Assembly: GCA_963555825.3 (NCBI GenBank)
Contig: CAUVXB020000001.1
Location: forward strand, 480,001-544,000
Direction of reading: 5' to 3'
Length of the DNA: 64,000 bases
Source: Alphaproteobacteria bacterium
Lineage (GTDB): Bacteria; Pseudomonadota; Alphaproteobacteria; JAAXGF01
Positions within the stretch are counted from its first letter, which is position 1. Each line of letters opens with the position of its first letter. Under the pieces are notes generated by a model that was given only the letters and a program-made list of their open reading frames with translations, searched no databases and was not told the origin of the DNA. Shown here one piece after another: positions 51,204-60,666 of this stretch. The position numbers were made by a program, and so were the translations under genes.

Positions 51204-51292
51204 TCCGTCTCCGCCAACGCTTCGGCGGGATGTATCCGCGGTCCTAGATCGGAGGCGGATGTCACGCCGTAGCTTTAGCGAAGGCGGACCAA

Positions 51293-51532
51293 ATGCACTA
51301 CGTCTACATTCTCGAAAGCATTGCCGACCCTGGCCGCTATAACGGTGACTCGACAACCGATCTCGACCGACACATCGAGGAGCACAATTCCGGAAAGTCC
51401 AGCCATACCGCCAAACTCGCGCCCCGGACACTTGCCACATACGTCGCTCTTTCAGATCGAGCCGAGGCGTTTCGCTTCGAACGGCACCTCGAATCGGGTT
51501 CTGACCGGGCCTTCGCGAAGAGACACTTTTGA
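51293..51532 (+). CDS. small GIY-YIG nuclease-family protein (degenerate)
   Basis: YVYIL..Y..STTDL..EHNSG...A.RFERHL.SGS.RAF. Confidence 0.7.
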   Translation: MHYVYILESIADPGRYNGDSTTDLDRHIEEHNSGKSSHTAKLAPRTLATYVALSDRAEAFRFERHLESGSDRAFAKRHF

Positions 51533-51632
51533 ACCCGTCGCATTCGGTTGCGTGTGCAGAGACGGATTCGCTCGCGACTGCCCCATCGCCACAATTAAGC
51601 TGTTGTTGTAAAAGAGTTTTCAAGGTTGCGGG

Positions 51633-51941
51633 GTGATCAAGGGCGACGAGTTGGGCATCGGCTACCGCCACGTGCCACACGACCGGGCGTTCACCAACCA
51701 CCAAGTCCCGCTGACGCAAGGTTCGGCGTATTACCTGTTCGGTGACGGGCCGGTCGATCAGGTCGGTGGCGACAAGCGCCGCGCCTTCGGCAAGAAGCGC
51801 ATCATCGCTCTGCTCGAAGAACGTCTTGGCCGACCGCTCGCCGAGCAGCGCGACGCCATAACGGCGGCCTTCAACGCGTATCAGCGCGACGAGATCCGGC
51901 GCGATGACGTCGCTATGGTCGGTTTCGTGCCGTTCGACTGA
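51633..51941 (+). pseudogene. SpoIIE/PP2C phosphatase C-terminal remnant
   Basis: YLFGDG.VDQVGG.K...FGKKR...RRDDV. Confidence 0.65.
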
Positions 51942-52300
51942 GCGGCGATTGCAACGGGCGGGCCGCGTGGCAAAGGCGACCGTGACAATTCGATACAATC
52001 TGCGACACGGCTGACAAACGTGGTCGACGGCGTGGCGCTATATTATTCACACGAGGCACGCGATGGCGTCGGCGGATGGCGATTTGCACCCTGTCCCAAA
52101 ATCCGGCGCGGCGTTTCGGATGCATTGAGCGAGCGGGAAAGGCTAGGGGTCATGACGATGAGAACCGCGATATCGACCTGTCTTGCATTCTCCGGTCATC
52201 GTCATTTCCGCGCTCGCCGCGCGGGTCTTCGCCCGCGGGTTCGTCTCGGTGGTCATGTCGTTGGGCAAGCGTCTGGCGCAGGACACGTGGCCGATCGAAG

Positions 52301-52790
52301 ATGATCGCGGGTAGGTGGAACGTCGAGCGCAGGCAAGTGCGTACGAACGTCGGTGGCCGATCTTCGGCGATGTTCGCCGCCAAGGCGGCGGGTAGGGCCG
52401 TGATGAAGCCCAAGCTCGGCCTCCACGCGTCGAACGGCACGCTGTTTCTGGCCAGCGCCGGCGCGTTTTGGACACGCCAGCTTACGGCGGCGTCAAGTGG
52501 CTCGGCGTCGCCGGCAACGACCAGCGGAACCTGCCTCATATCGCCGGCCTGGTCCTGCTCAACGACGTCTAGACGGGTATGCCGGTCGCGGCGATGGACG
52601 CGCGCTGGATTACCGGCGCGCGCACCGCGGCCGATCACCGTCGTCGCGGCGCGGCGGCTGGCGAGGGCCGATGCGGTGTCGATCGGCTTCGTCGCCTGCG
52701 GCGTGCAGGTGCGCGCCCATCTCGCGGCGCTCGGGCCCAGCTATCCGATCACGCGTGTTCGCGCGGCGTATCGGCCAGGTCCTCGCGCTG
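52301..52790 (+). pseudogene. ornithine cyclodeaminase/mu-crystallin family pseudogene
   Basis: Pieces GVKWLG, LVLLNDV*TGMP, MDARWITGARTAA, GFVACGVQ spread over frameshifts. Confidence 0.7.
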
Positions 52791-52919
52791 TAGCCGATCC
52801 GATCCTTGGTACTAGGGCAAAAAAATTCGCCTCGCGTCGGGGAACGCGAGGCGTCGGAGGTATACTCTGGGGGAGAGTACGCCGGATGGGGTGAATCCGG
52901 CGGCTGCGTATGCGGCTTC

Positions 52920-53147
52920 TTACGAGCCCTCGCTGTCTGCTAAATCGACGGTCGTGACCATGGGGGTGCGGACGTAGACCGTGTACTTGCCCGAAGGCTC
53001 CTGATAGGGAACCGAGACGATCGCGTTTGCGGGGCGAACCGTCGTGCGGGCGGTGTCGTTGCCGGTCGGGCCGAACGCCAGGGCGCCGACGCCGAGCAGC
53101 CAGATGCCGAACAGGGAGGCGGTGATTTTGAAGGTTTTTCCGGTCAT
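52920..53147 (-). CDS. small exported hypothetical protein
   Basis: RBS AAGGA, N-terminal hydrophobic segment. Confidence 0.5.
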   Translation of the reverse strand: MTGKTFKITASLFGIWLLGVGALAFGPTGNDTARTTVRPANAIVSVPYQEPSGKYTVYVRTPMVTTVDLADSEGS

Positions 53148-53360
53148 GTCCGTCAGTCCTTCTCTAATCTTCAGGTTTCCGTCTCAACCCTGTCGGGCGT
53201 TGTTGCGGTCGCTTTCTTGTCTCGTGGTTTCTGTCGTTGGCATGGATGTAGGTACGCCGAGGTCGTTGCGAAACGCAAAACGTTCGCCGAATCTTGATGC
53301 AGACGGGTTGCCTATCAAATTCACCGCGGATATTTGAAGCGGAATCGCCGAATCGGGCAC

Positions 53361-53810
53361 TCAGCCCTGTTCGAGAAGCTTCTTCAGCGCGTTGAGCGCG
53401 CGCATCGCCTCGACGATGCGTTCCTCGATGCGCGCCTGCTCGATATGGTCGATGCGGCCGTCGTCGGCGAGCGACTCGGCGACCTCGCGCATCACGTCGG
53501 AGGCGTGCAGCACCGTGCGTTCGGCCTGGATACGGGCGCTTTCCGCTTGATCGCCCTGGCCGACGTCGTCACGTGGCACGGCGGTGAAGGCGGTGCCGTC
53601 GAGCAGATAGTCGGCGAGCCGTGAATCGGGCACCGCGCGCAACAGCTCGCGCGCTTCGTCGGCGCTGAAGCGCACGCGGCCGTAAATGCGCGAATAGAGA
53701 CTCTGTTCCTTGAGACCGAGCGTCGCCGCGACGTCCTTCACGCTGCCGCGCTCCTCGGCAATCAAGAGCGTGTAAACGAGGTTGGTGAACTCACTCAATT
53801 TGTCGGCCAT
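53361..53810 (-). CDS. phage CII-like (CP76) HTH regulator
   Basis: HTH VKDVAATLGLKEQSLYSRI; C-terminal LADDGRIDHIE. Confidence 0.6.
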   Translation of the reverse strand: MADKLSEFTNLVYTLLIAEERGSVKDVAATLGLKEQSLYSRIYGRVRFSADEARELLRAVPDSRLADYLLDGTAFTAVPRDDVGQGDQAESARIQAERTVLHASDVMREVAESLADDGRIDHIEQARIEERIVEAMRALNALKKLLEQG

Positions 53811-53926
53811 GCCGCCATGCCCCCCGGGTCGCCGCATCCTACCCGGCAAGGGCCCCGCCTACAAACCCCAAGCGCGGGGCGTGCCGCCAGCGTATGATTT
53901 GGCTGCGAGTCCGCGGGAGGCGCTGC

Positions 53927-54805
53927 ATGAAGAACGAAGAAGGCCGGATCGACGTCGACGGCCACCGGGTCTGGTACCGGCGCGTCGGCGAGCGCGGCGT
54001 GCCGCTGCTTCTGCTGCACGGCGGGCCCGGGGCCGGCCACGACTATCTCGAACCGCTCGCCGGCCTGGCCGAGAGGCGCGCGGTGATCTTCTATGACCAG
54101 TTGGGTTGCGGGCGATCGGACCAGCCCGACGATCCGTCGCTCTGGCGCATCGAGCGCTTCGTGCGCGAGGTCGATACCGTTCGCGCCGCACTCGGCCTGG
54201 ACCGGGTCCATATCCTCGGCCAATCCTGGGGCGGCTGGCTCGCCATCGAATACATGCTGAGCGCGCCCAAGGGCGTCGTCGGTCTGGTGCTCGCCAGCAC
54301 CTCGGCGAGCATCCCTGAGTTCGTCGACGAGGCGTGGCGCCTGATCGGCGAGATGCCCGACACGATCGGCGAGACGATTCGCCATCACGAGGCCGCCGAC
54401 GAATACGACCACCCCGATTTCGTCGCCGCGCTCGAGGCGTTCTACAAACGCCACCTCTGCCGGCTCGATCCCTGGCCCGATGCGCTCGAGCGCTCGGGCA
54501 AGAACCTCGAAGCGGGCGGCGGCCACACGGTCTACAACACGATCAACGGGCCGACCGAGTTCACGGTGACTGGCGAGCTGAAGGACTGGGACCGGATCGA
54601 CCGGCTGGGCGAGATCACCGTGCCGACGCTGATCACTGTCGGCCGCCACGACGAGATCACGCCGGCCTGCGCCGAGACCATTCACCGCGGCATCGCCGGC
54701 TCGCGCGTGGTGGTCTTCGAGGACAGCGCGCATTGCGCCCACCTCGAGGAGACCGAGGCCTATCTCGAGATCGTCGGCGCGTTCCTGGCCGAGGTCGATC
54801 CGTAG
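53927..54805 (+). CDS. proline iminopeptidase / L-amino acid amidase family hydrolase
   Basis: HGGPG, YDQLGCGRS, GQSWGG, GRHDE. Confidence 0.9.
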   Translation: MKNEEGRIDVDGHRVWYRRVGERGVPLLLLHGGPGAGHDYLEPLAGLAERRAVIFYDQLGCGRSDQPDDPSLWRIERFVREVDTVRAALGLDRVHILGQSWGGWLAIEYMLSAPKGVVGLVLASTSASIPEFVDEAWRLIGEMPDTIGETIRHHEAADEYDHPDFVAALEAFYKRHLCRLDPWPDALERSGKNLEAGGGHTVYNTINGPTEFTVTGELKDWDRIDRLGEITVPTLITVGRHDEITPACAETIHRGIAGSRVVVFEDSAHCAHLEETEAYLEIVGAFLAEVDP

Positions 54806-54819
54806 GGGAGGGACCCAAG

Positions 54820-55707
54820 ATGCTGCCGACACACGGTCGCTACGCGTATTCCAACATTACCAAGCGGGCCGACTACGATTGGCCCGGCGGCAAGCGCCTG
54901 GCGGTCTATGTCGCGCTCAACATCGAGGCGTTCGGGTTCGGCGTCGGCAAGGGCGCGGCGATCGCGCCGCCCGATCAGGCGCAGAGCCATTCGATCTTTT
55001 CGTGGCGCGATTACGGCAACCGGGTCGGCATGTGGCGCCTGTTCGAGATGTTCGACGCGCTCGATTTCCCGATCGAGGCGCAGATGAACACGGCGGTCTA
55101 CGAGCTGGCACCCGACATACCCGAGAAGCTGCGCGCGCGCGGCGACGAGATGCTCGGCCACGGCGAGACCAACTCCGACGAACAACACCATCTCGGCGAG
55201 ACCGAAGAGCGTGCCTTGATCGAGCGCGTGACCGCGACGATCGAGAGCCACGAGGGGCGCCGGCCGGTCGGCTGGATGAGCCCGTGGCTGTCGAACTCGG
55301 ACGTCACGCCGGATTTGCTGCAGGAGGCCGGCTACCGCTATTTCATGGACTGGACGATGGACGATCAGCCGGTCTGGATGAAGACGCGGGGCGGGCGCAT
55401 CCTCGCCATGCCCTATCCGATCGAGGTCAACGACACGCGCGGCATCGTCTGGTACCGCCATTCGGCCGACGAGTTCGCCGACATGATCGTCGACCAGTTC
55501 GACGAGATGCTCGAGCAGTCCCGCGGACAGCCGCTGGTCTGCCCGATCTCGCTGCACCCCTTCGTCGTCGGCCGGCCCTACAGGATCAGACGGCTGCGCC
55601 GCGCCTTCGAGCACATCGCCGCGCATCGCGACGCCATCTGGCTGACCCGCCCCGGCGACATCTGCGCCCACATCGAGAGCCTGCCCGAGGGCGTCGTCCC
55701 GGGGTAA
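54820..55707 (+). CDS. polysaccharide-deacetylase family protein (PuuE-like)
   Basis: WPGGKRLAV, RDYGNRVG, GHG, LHPFVVGRP. Confidence 0.85.
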   Translation: MLPTHGRYAYSNITKRADYDWPGGKRLAVYVALNIEAFGFGVGKGAAIAPPDQAQSHSIFSWRDYGNRVGMWRLFEMFDALDFPIEAQMNTAVYELAPDIPEKLRARGDEMLGHGETNSDEQHHLGETEERALIERVTATIESHEGRRPVGWMSPWLSNSDVTPDLLQEAGYRYFMDWTMDDQPVWMKTRGGRILAMPYPIEVNDTRGIVWYRHSADEFADMIVDQFDEMLEQSRGQPLVCPISLHPFVVGRPYRIRRLRRAFEHIAAHRDAIWLTRPGDICAHIESLPEGVVPG

Positions 55708-55735
55708 CCCGCTGTGAGATCGAGGCTGTTTTGTA

Positions 55736-56992
55736 TCAGCTCTTGCCCTGGCCGGGCTCGGTCGCGTTGACCAGCGCGGCCATGTTGCCGTAGGGGTGGC
55801 GGTTCTCGTGCATCAGCTGGTGCGCCTCGCCGATCTCGTCGAACGAGAAGGTGTTCGAGAGGCACGGGTCGATCTTGCCGTCGATGACGAGGCGGTTGAC
55901 CGCGGCGGCCTGCTCGTCGTTCGACAGGTGGCTGCCCTGGAAACGCTTCTGGCGCATCCAGTGATAGCGCAGGTCCAGCGTCACGTTGTAGCCGGTGGTG
56001 CCGGCGCAGATGACGATCATGCCGCCGGTCGCTGCGACGAAGCCCGAGGTCGGCAGCGTCGCCTCGCCGGGATGCTCGAAGACGATGCGCGGGCTAATCC
56101 GCTCGCCGCAGGCCTCCCAGATCGCCTTGCCGAAGGCGCGCGCGCCCTTGGACCAGTCGCCGTATTCGGCGCTTTCGGTGCCGGGCATAGCGCCCCAATG
56201 CGAAAAATCGCTGCGGTTGATCACGCCTACGGCGCCGTGATCGAGGCAGAATTGGCGCTTGTCCTCGTCCGAGACGACGGCGATCGGTCGGCCGCCCTGG
56301 GCCGCGGTGATCTGCAGCGCCATCGAGCCGAGCCCGCCGGCCGCGCCCCAAACCAGCACCACGTCGCCGGCCTCGACGACGTTGGGCGGCCAGCCCATCA
56401 GCATGCGGTATGCGGTCGAGGCGCATAAGAGGTAACAGCCGGCTTCCTCCCAGCTCAGGTGCTTGGGCTTGGGCTGGCATTGGTGCGACTGGGCGCGGGC
56501 GAACTGGCAATAGCTGCCGTAGTTGGTCTGGTAGCCCCAGATACGCGTCGATTCGGCGAGCATCGGGTCGCGGCCGGCGAGGACCCACGGATCTTCCGGC
56601 TCCCACCAGCCGCTGTGGACGACGACCTCGTCGCCGATCGCGACGTTGTCGACCTCGCCGCCGATCGCCCAGACGATGCCCGAGCAATCGCTGCCGCCGG
56701 CGTGGAAGTCTTCCGGCTCGCCCTTGCGCTGGCGGTCGGCGATGACGTCGACCGGAATGCCGAGCGCCGCCCAGACGTTGTTGTAGTTGATGCCGGTCGC
56801 CATGACATAGACCAGCACGTCCTTTGGGCCGATCTCGGGCGTTGGGATGATCTCGCGCTGCCAGGCGTCGCGCGGCTCGCCGAAGCGGTCCTGGCGGACC
56901 AGGAAGGCGTGCATCTTCTCGGGCACGTCGCCGAGCGCCGGGCGCTCGCCGAGATCGCAGATTTCCATTTTGTCGTTTCTCCCCAAGTTCAT
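55736..56992 (-). CDS. ccr: crotonyl-CoA carboxylase/reductase
   Basis: [37 protein letters not shown]. Confidence 0.88.
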   Translation of the reverse strand: MNLGRNDKMEICDLGERPALGDVPEKMHAFLVRQDRFGEPRDAWQREIIPTPEIGPKDVLVYVMATGINYNNVWAALGIPVDVIADRQRKGEPEDFHAGGSDCSGIVWAIGGEVDNVAIGDEVVVHSGWWEPEDPWVLAGRDPMLAESTRIWGYQTNYGSYCQFARAQSHQCQPKPKHLSWEEAGCYLLCASTAYRMLMGWPPNVVEAGDVVLVWGAAGGLGSMALQITAAQGGRPIAVVSDEDKRQFCLDHGAVGVINRSDFSHWGAMPGTESAEYGDWSKGARAFGKAIWEACGERISPRIVFEHPGEATLPTSGFVAATGGMIVICAGTTGYNVTLDLRYHWMRQKRFQGSHLSNDEQAAAVNRLVIDGKIDPCLSNTFSFDEIGEAHQLMHENRHPYGNMAALVNATEPGQGKS

Positions 56993-57030
56993 CGCCTGGA
57001 CGGCCGCGCCACGTTATGCCCAAGCCACAC

Positions 57031-58455
57031 TCAAGGGTCAACGAATGATGTGCGCATCGCGTCCCTGAGCGTCTCGACGTCGCGGCCGAGGTTGCGCAAG
57101 TCTTCGACCGGCGGGAAAGCCTCGCGCACCGTGGCGAGGAAATCGTGCAGCGGCGCCGCCGGCTCGCGGTCTTGCGACCAGAGCACCTGGCTCGCTACCG
57201 CGGCGAGGATGGCGAGGCAGGTGTCGAAGCTGTCGGCAATTTCGCCTTCCTTCTCGTAGGCATAGAAGCTCGGCAGCAGAATGTCGCTCTGGGCGTTGCC
57301 GACGTCGTCGACCGGCATCAAGGTCGGCCGCGCCAGGTCACGCGCCTTGCGGGCGAACCAGGCATGCGTACTGGTCAAGGGGTGGGTGTTGTGGTCAGGT
57401 GCATAACGCCAGCCGGCTTCCGAACCGACGATATCGGGATGGTGCAGCTTGACCACGTGGCGGCCGCTCAAGACGGCGAGCTCGGCCCAGGCGAAGCCGA
57501 TCGCGTCGATCGCCCAGTAGGGCGCACAGTCGTGAAAACTGCCGTTCGACAAGACGCGCCCCAAGGGATGAGCGTCGTCAGGCGCCAGGTACAGCGGATT
57601 GTCGCCGGGTGATTGCAGCGCCGCCTCGGCAATCTCGACTGCTTGGGCGAGCACACGGTGCGCCTGGGCCAGCACGCGCGGCACGATACGCCAACTGACC
57701 GGCGCCTGATAAGCGCGCCGGTCCTCGCGGTCGGCGCCGTCGAGGTTTACGTTGAGGCGCGCCAGCGCCGCCTTATCGTGGGGGTTGGCCCAGATCTCGG
57801 CGAGCGCCATGTCGTAGGCCTCCAACGGCGCGCGGCAGGCCTCGATCGACAATGCGAAGACGCGGTGCGCCAGCGCGAGCCGGCGCTCGGCCCGCAGCGC
57901 CGTGTCGGCCACGAGCGCGGCGGTGCAGGGCGCGCCGTTGACCAGCGAGCCTGAGTCCTTCTCGGCGCGGCCTTCGCCGATCAGATGGCCGAAGACGGCG
58001 TTGAGCGGCTCGACCTCGCCAGAAGCGATTTGGCCTTCGAGGGCGACCTCGGGGAGTGCGCGGCCGTCGAGCATGGCGGCGACCGCCTCGACGATATCGG
58101 GGCTGACCGCGGCATGGCCGGAGACGAAGCTGGCGAGCCGTGCGAAGACGATGCCGCTCACGACACGGCCGGGCAGCCGCCGGCCGAGGCCGATACCGAG
58201 CGAGTAGGGTGGCAGCTCGGCCTGTTTCCGACGGCCTTCGGCGTCCAAGCGGGTTTTCGCCTTGTCGCCGTAACCGGTGGTCACGCCGTATATCGGATCC
58301 GCCGGGTCGCTCGCGACCAGGCGCATGAAGTCGGCGCGCGAGCCTTCGATGCGCGAACGGCCTTGCGGTCCGACCGCCACGGGCTCGGCCTGCCACGCTA
58401 CGCGCCGGAAATTTTCCAGTGTGAAATCGGCCAGCGAGTCGATGGTCAGCGTCAT
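57031..58455 (-). CDS. divergent aromatic-amino-acid ammonia-lyase (HAL/PAL family)
   Basis: IYGVTTGYG, MIO tripeptide ASG, LVNG, DNP, SNGSFH. Confidence 0.8.
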   Translation of the reverse strand: MTLTIDSLADFTLENFRRVAWQAEPVAVGPQGRSRIEGSRADFMRLVASDPADPIYGVTTGYGDKAKTRLDAEGRRKQAELPPYSLGIGLGRRLPGRVVSGIVFARLASFVSGHAAVSPDIVEAVAAMLDGRALPEVALEGQIASGEVEPLNAVFGHLIGEGRAEKDSGSLVNGAPCTAALVADTALRAERRLALAHRVFALSIEACRAPLEAYDMALAEIWANPHDKAALARLNVNLDGADREDRRAYQAPVSWRIVPRVLAQAHRVLAQAVEIAEAALQSPGDNPLYLAPDDAHPLGRVLSNGSFHDCAPYWAIDAIGFAWAELAVLSGRHVVKLHHPDIVGSEAGWRYAPDHNTHPLTSTHAWFARKARDLARPTLMPVDDVGNAQSDILLPSFYAYEKEGEIADSFDTCLAILAAVASQVLWSQDREPAAPLHDFLATVREAFPPVEDLRNLGRDVETLRDAMRTSFVDP

Positions 58456-58586
58456 CGTTCATTCCCTCTTGCTGTTGGCTTGCACGATACGCCGAAATCT
58501 GGCCATCGGCACGCCAACGCATGGCCCGCCGCGATCTTCTGCGCTAGGTTCACGCAAGTGAGGTTCAAAGGGCGAGGACAAAAGCC

Positions 58587-59399
58587 ATGACCGAGGTATC
58601 GAGCAGCGCGACCGTCGATCTCGAACAGGCGATCCGCGTCGAGCGGGACGGTCCGATCGCGACCGTCCTGTTCGACCGGGCGGCCAAGCTCAACGCCTTC
58701 ACCGAGGCGATGTGGCGCCGCCTCGGCGAGACGGTCGACGCGCTGTCGGCCGACGACGACGTGCGCTGCGTCGTCTTGCGCGGCGACGGCGATCGCGCCT
58801 TCTCGGTCGGCGCCGACATCGGCGAGTTCAAGGAGACGCGGCACAGCGCCGAACGCGCCATGGAGCATTCGCGCCGGGGGGCGCGCTCGATCGAGTCGAT
58901 CCTCGAGTGCCGCCATCCGGTGGTCGCGTCGATCTCGGGCTATTGCGTCGGCGGCGGGCTGGAAATCGCGGCGTGCTGCGATCTGCGCATCTGCGGCGAA
59001 TCGAGCCGCTTCGGCATCCCGATCAAGCGGCTCGGGCTGACCGTGCAATACGCCGACCTCGAGGTGCTGCTCGAGCTGATCGGCCCGTCCAACGTCAAGG
59101 AAATCCTCTTCGAGGGACGCATCCTGGAGGCCGCCGAGGCCAAGGCGATGGGGCTGGTCAACCGCATCGTGCCCGACGCCGACGTCGTCACCGAGAGCTA
59201 CGCGACGGCGGCGCGCATCGCCGAGGGCGCGCCGCTCGCCGCGCGCTGGCACAAGAAGTTCATCCACCGCCTGCGCGACGCGACGCCGCTGACCGACGAG
59301 GACCACCGCGAGACATACGCCTGCTTCGACACCGAGGACTTCCGGACCGGCTACCAGGCCTTCCTGGCCAAGCGCAAACCCGAATTCGAGGGCCGCTGA
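58587..59399 (+). CDS. enoyl-CoA hydratase/isomerase family protein
   Basis: AFSVGADI, GYCVGGGLEIA. Confidence 0.9.
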   Translation: MTEVSSSATVDLEQAIRVERDGPIATVLFDRAAKLNAFTEAMWRRLGETVDALSADDDVRCVVLRGDGDRAFSVGADIGEFKETRHSAERAMEHSRRGARSIESILECRHPVVASISGYCVGGGLEIAACCDLRICGESSRFGIPIKRLGLTVQYADLEVLLELIGPSNVKEILFEGRILEAAEAKAMGLVNRIVPDADVVTESYATAARIAEGAPLAARWHKKFIHRLRDATPLTDEDHRETYACFDTEDFRTGYQAFLAKRKPEFEGR

Positions 59400-59400
59400 G

Positions 59401-60624
59401 ATGACCGAAACGACAGCGACCGGCGGCCCGCTCGCGGGTCTACGCGTGATCGAGATGACCCATATCATGGCCGGCCCGACCTGCGGGCGCATGCTCGCCG
59501 ACATGGGCGCCGAGGTCATCAAGGTGGAGCGCGCGCCGATGGGCGACCGGATGCGCTGGGACTCGACCGACGAGGACGACATCGGCGGCCAGCCGGCGAG
59601 CTTCATGATGGTAAACCGCAATAAGCGCGGCATCGCCATCGACCTCAAGACGGTCGAGGGCAAGGCGATTCTCCACCGCCTGCTGGCCGACGCCGACGTG
59701 CTGGTCGAGAACCACAAACGCGGTACGCTCGACCGCCTGGGCTTCGGTTACGAGACGCTGCACGAGAAGAATCCCGGCCTGATCTATTGCGCGGTCAGCG
59801 GGTTCGGCCGGACCGGGCCCTATGCCGACCGTGGCGGCCTCGACCTGATCACCCAGGGCATGAGCGGCTTGATGAGCGTGACCGGCGAGGGGCCCGACCG
59901 GCCGCCGCTGAAATGCGGCTCGCCGATGACCGACATCGGCGCCGGCATCCTCGGCGCCATGGCGGTGTGCGCCGCCTTGCACCACCGCGCGCAAACCGGC
60001 GAGGGGCAGATGGTCGACACCTCGCTGTTGGAGGCCGGCGTCACCTTCACCTACTGGCAGTCGGCGCTGGTTCTTGCCGGCGCCCCATCACCCGGTCGCA
60101 TGGGCACCGCGCATCCGCTGGATTCGCCGTACCAGGCCTACCAGGCGAAGGATGGCTGGCTGACCCTGGGCACCGCGAGCGAGGCCCAGTGGCGCGGCCT
60201 CTTGGACGTGCTTGGCCTGCCCGAGCTGGCCGACGATGCGCGTTTCGTGAATACCGCCAGCCGCATGAACAATCGGTTCGAGCTCGAGGCGCTGTTCAAC
60301 GAGCGCTTCCGAGAAAAGACTCGCGCCGAATGGCTGGACTTGCTCGACGACGCCGGCATCCCGTCGGGCCCGGTGCTCGAGATCGGCGAGATGCACGACG
60401 ACCCGCAGGTCCGCGCGCGCGAGATGGTCGTCGCGGCGCCGCATTCGACACTCGGCGACGTCGAGACCATCGGCTGCCCGGTCAAGTTTTCGGCCACTCC
60501 GGCGGTCGTGCGCAAGGGCGCGCCGTTGCTCGGCGAAGACACCCGTGACATCCTGCGCGGCTGCGGCTACGACGATGCCGAGATTGACCGGCTCGCGGCG
60601 CAACAGGTTATAGTTGCGGCATGA
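59401..60624 (+). CDS. family III CoA-transferase (CaiB/BaiF)
   Basis: LADMGAEVIKVE, NRNKR, SGFGRTGP. Confidence 0.92.
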   Translation: MTETTATGGPLAGLRVIEMTHIMAGPTCGRMLADMGAEVIKVERAPMGDRMRWDSTDEDDIGGQPASFMMVNRNKRGIAIDLKTVEGKAILHRLLADADVLVENHKRGTLDRLGFGYETLHEKNPGLIYCAVSGFGRTGPYADRGGLDLITQGMSGLMSVTGEGPDRPPLKCGSPMTDIGAGILGAMAVCAALHHRAQTGEGQMVDTSLLEAGVTFTYWQSALVLAGAPSPGRMGTAHPLDSPYQAYQAKDGWLTLGTASEAQWRGLLDVLGLPELADDARFVNTASRMNNRFELEALFNERFREKTRAEWLDLLDDAGIPSGPVLEIGEMHDDPQVRAREMVVAAPHSTLGDVETIGCPVKFSATPAVVRKGAPLLGEDTRDILRGCGYDDAEIDRLAAQQVIVAA

Positions 60625-60666
60625 GATGCCGGGGTTGAGCGAGACCGTGAAGGGGCGGGGGGCAGC

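Noticed and set aside
53361-53810. Prophage suggested by the CII-like regulator
   Set aside because: No other phage genes nearby; appears to be a solitary regulator.
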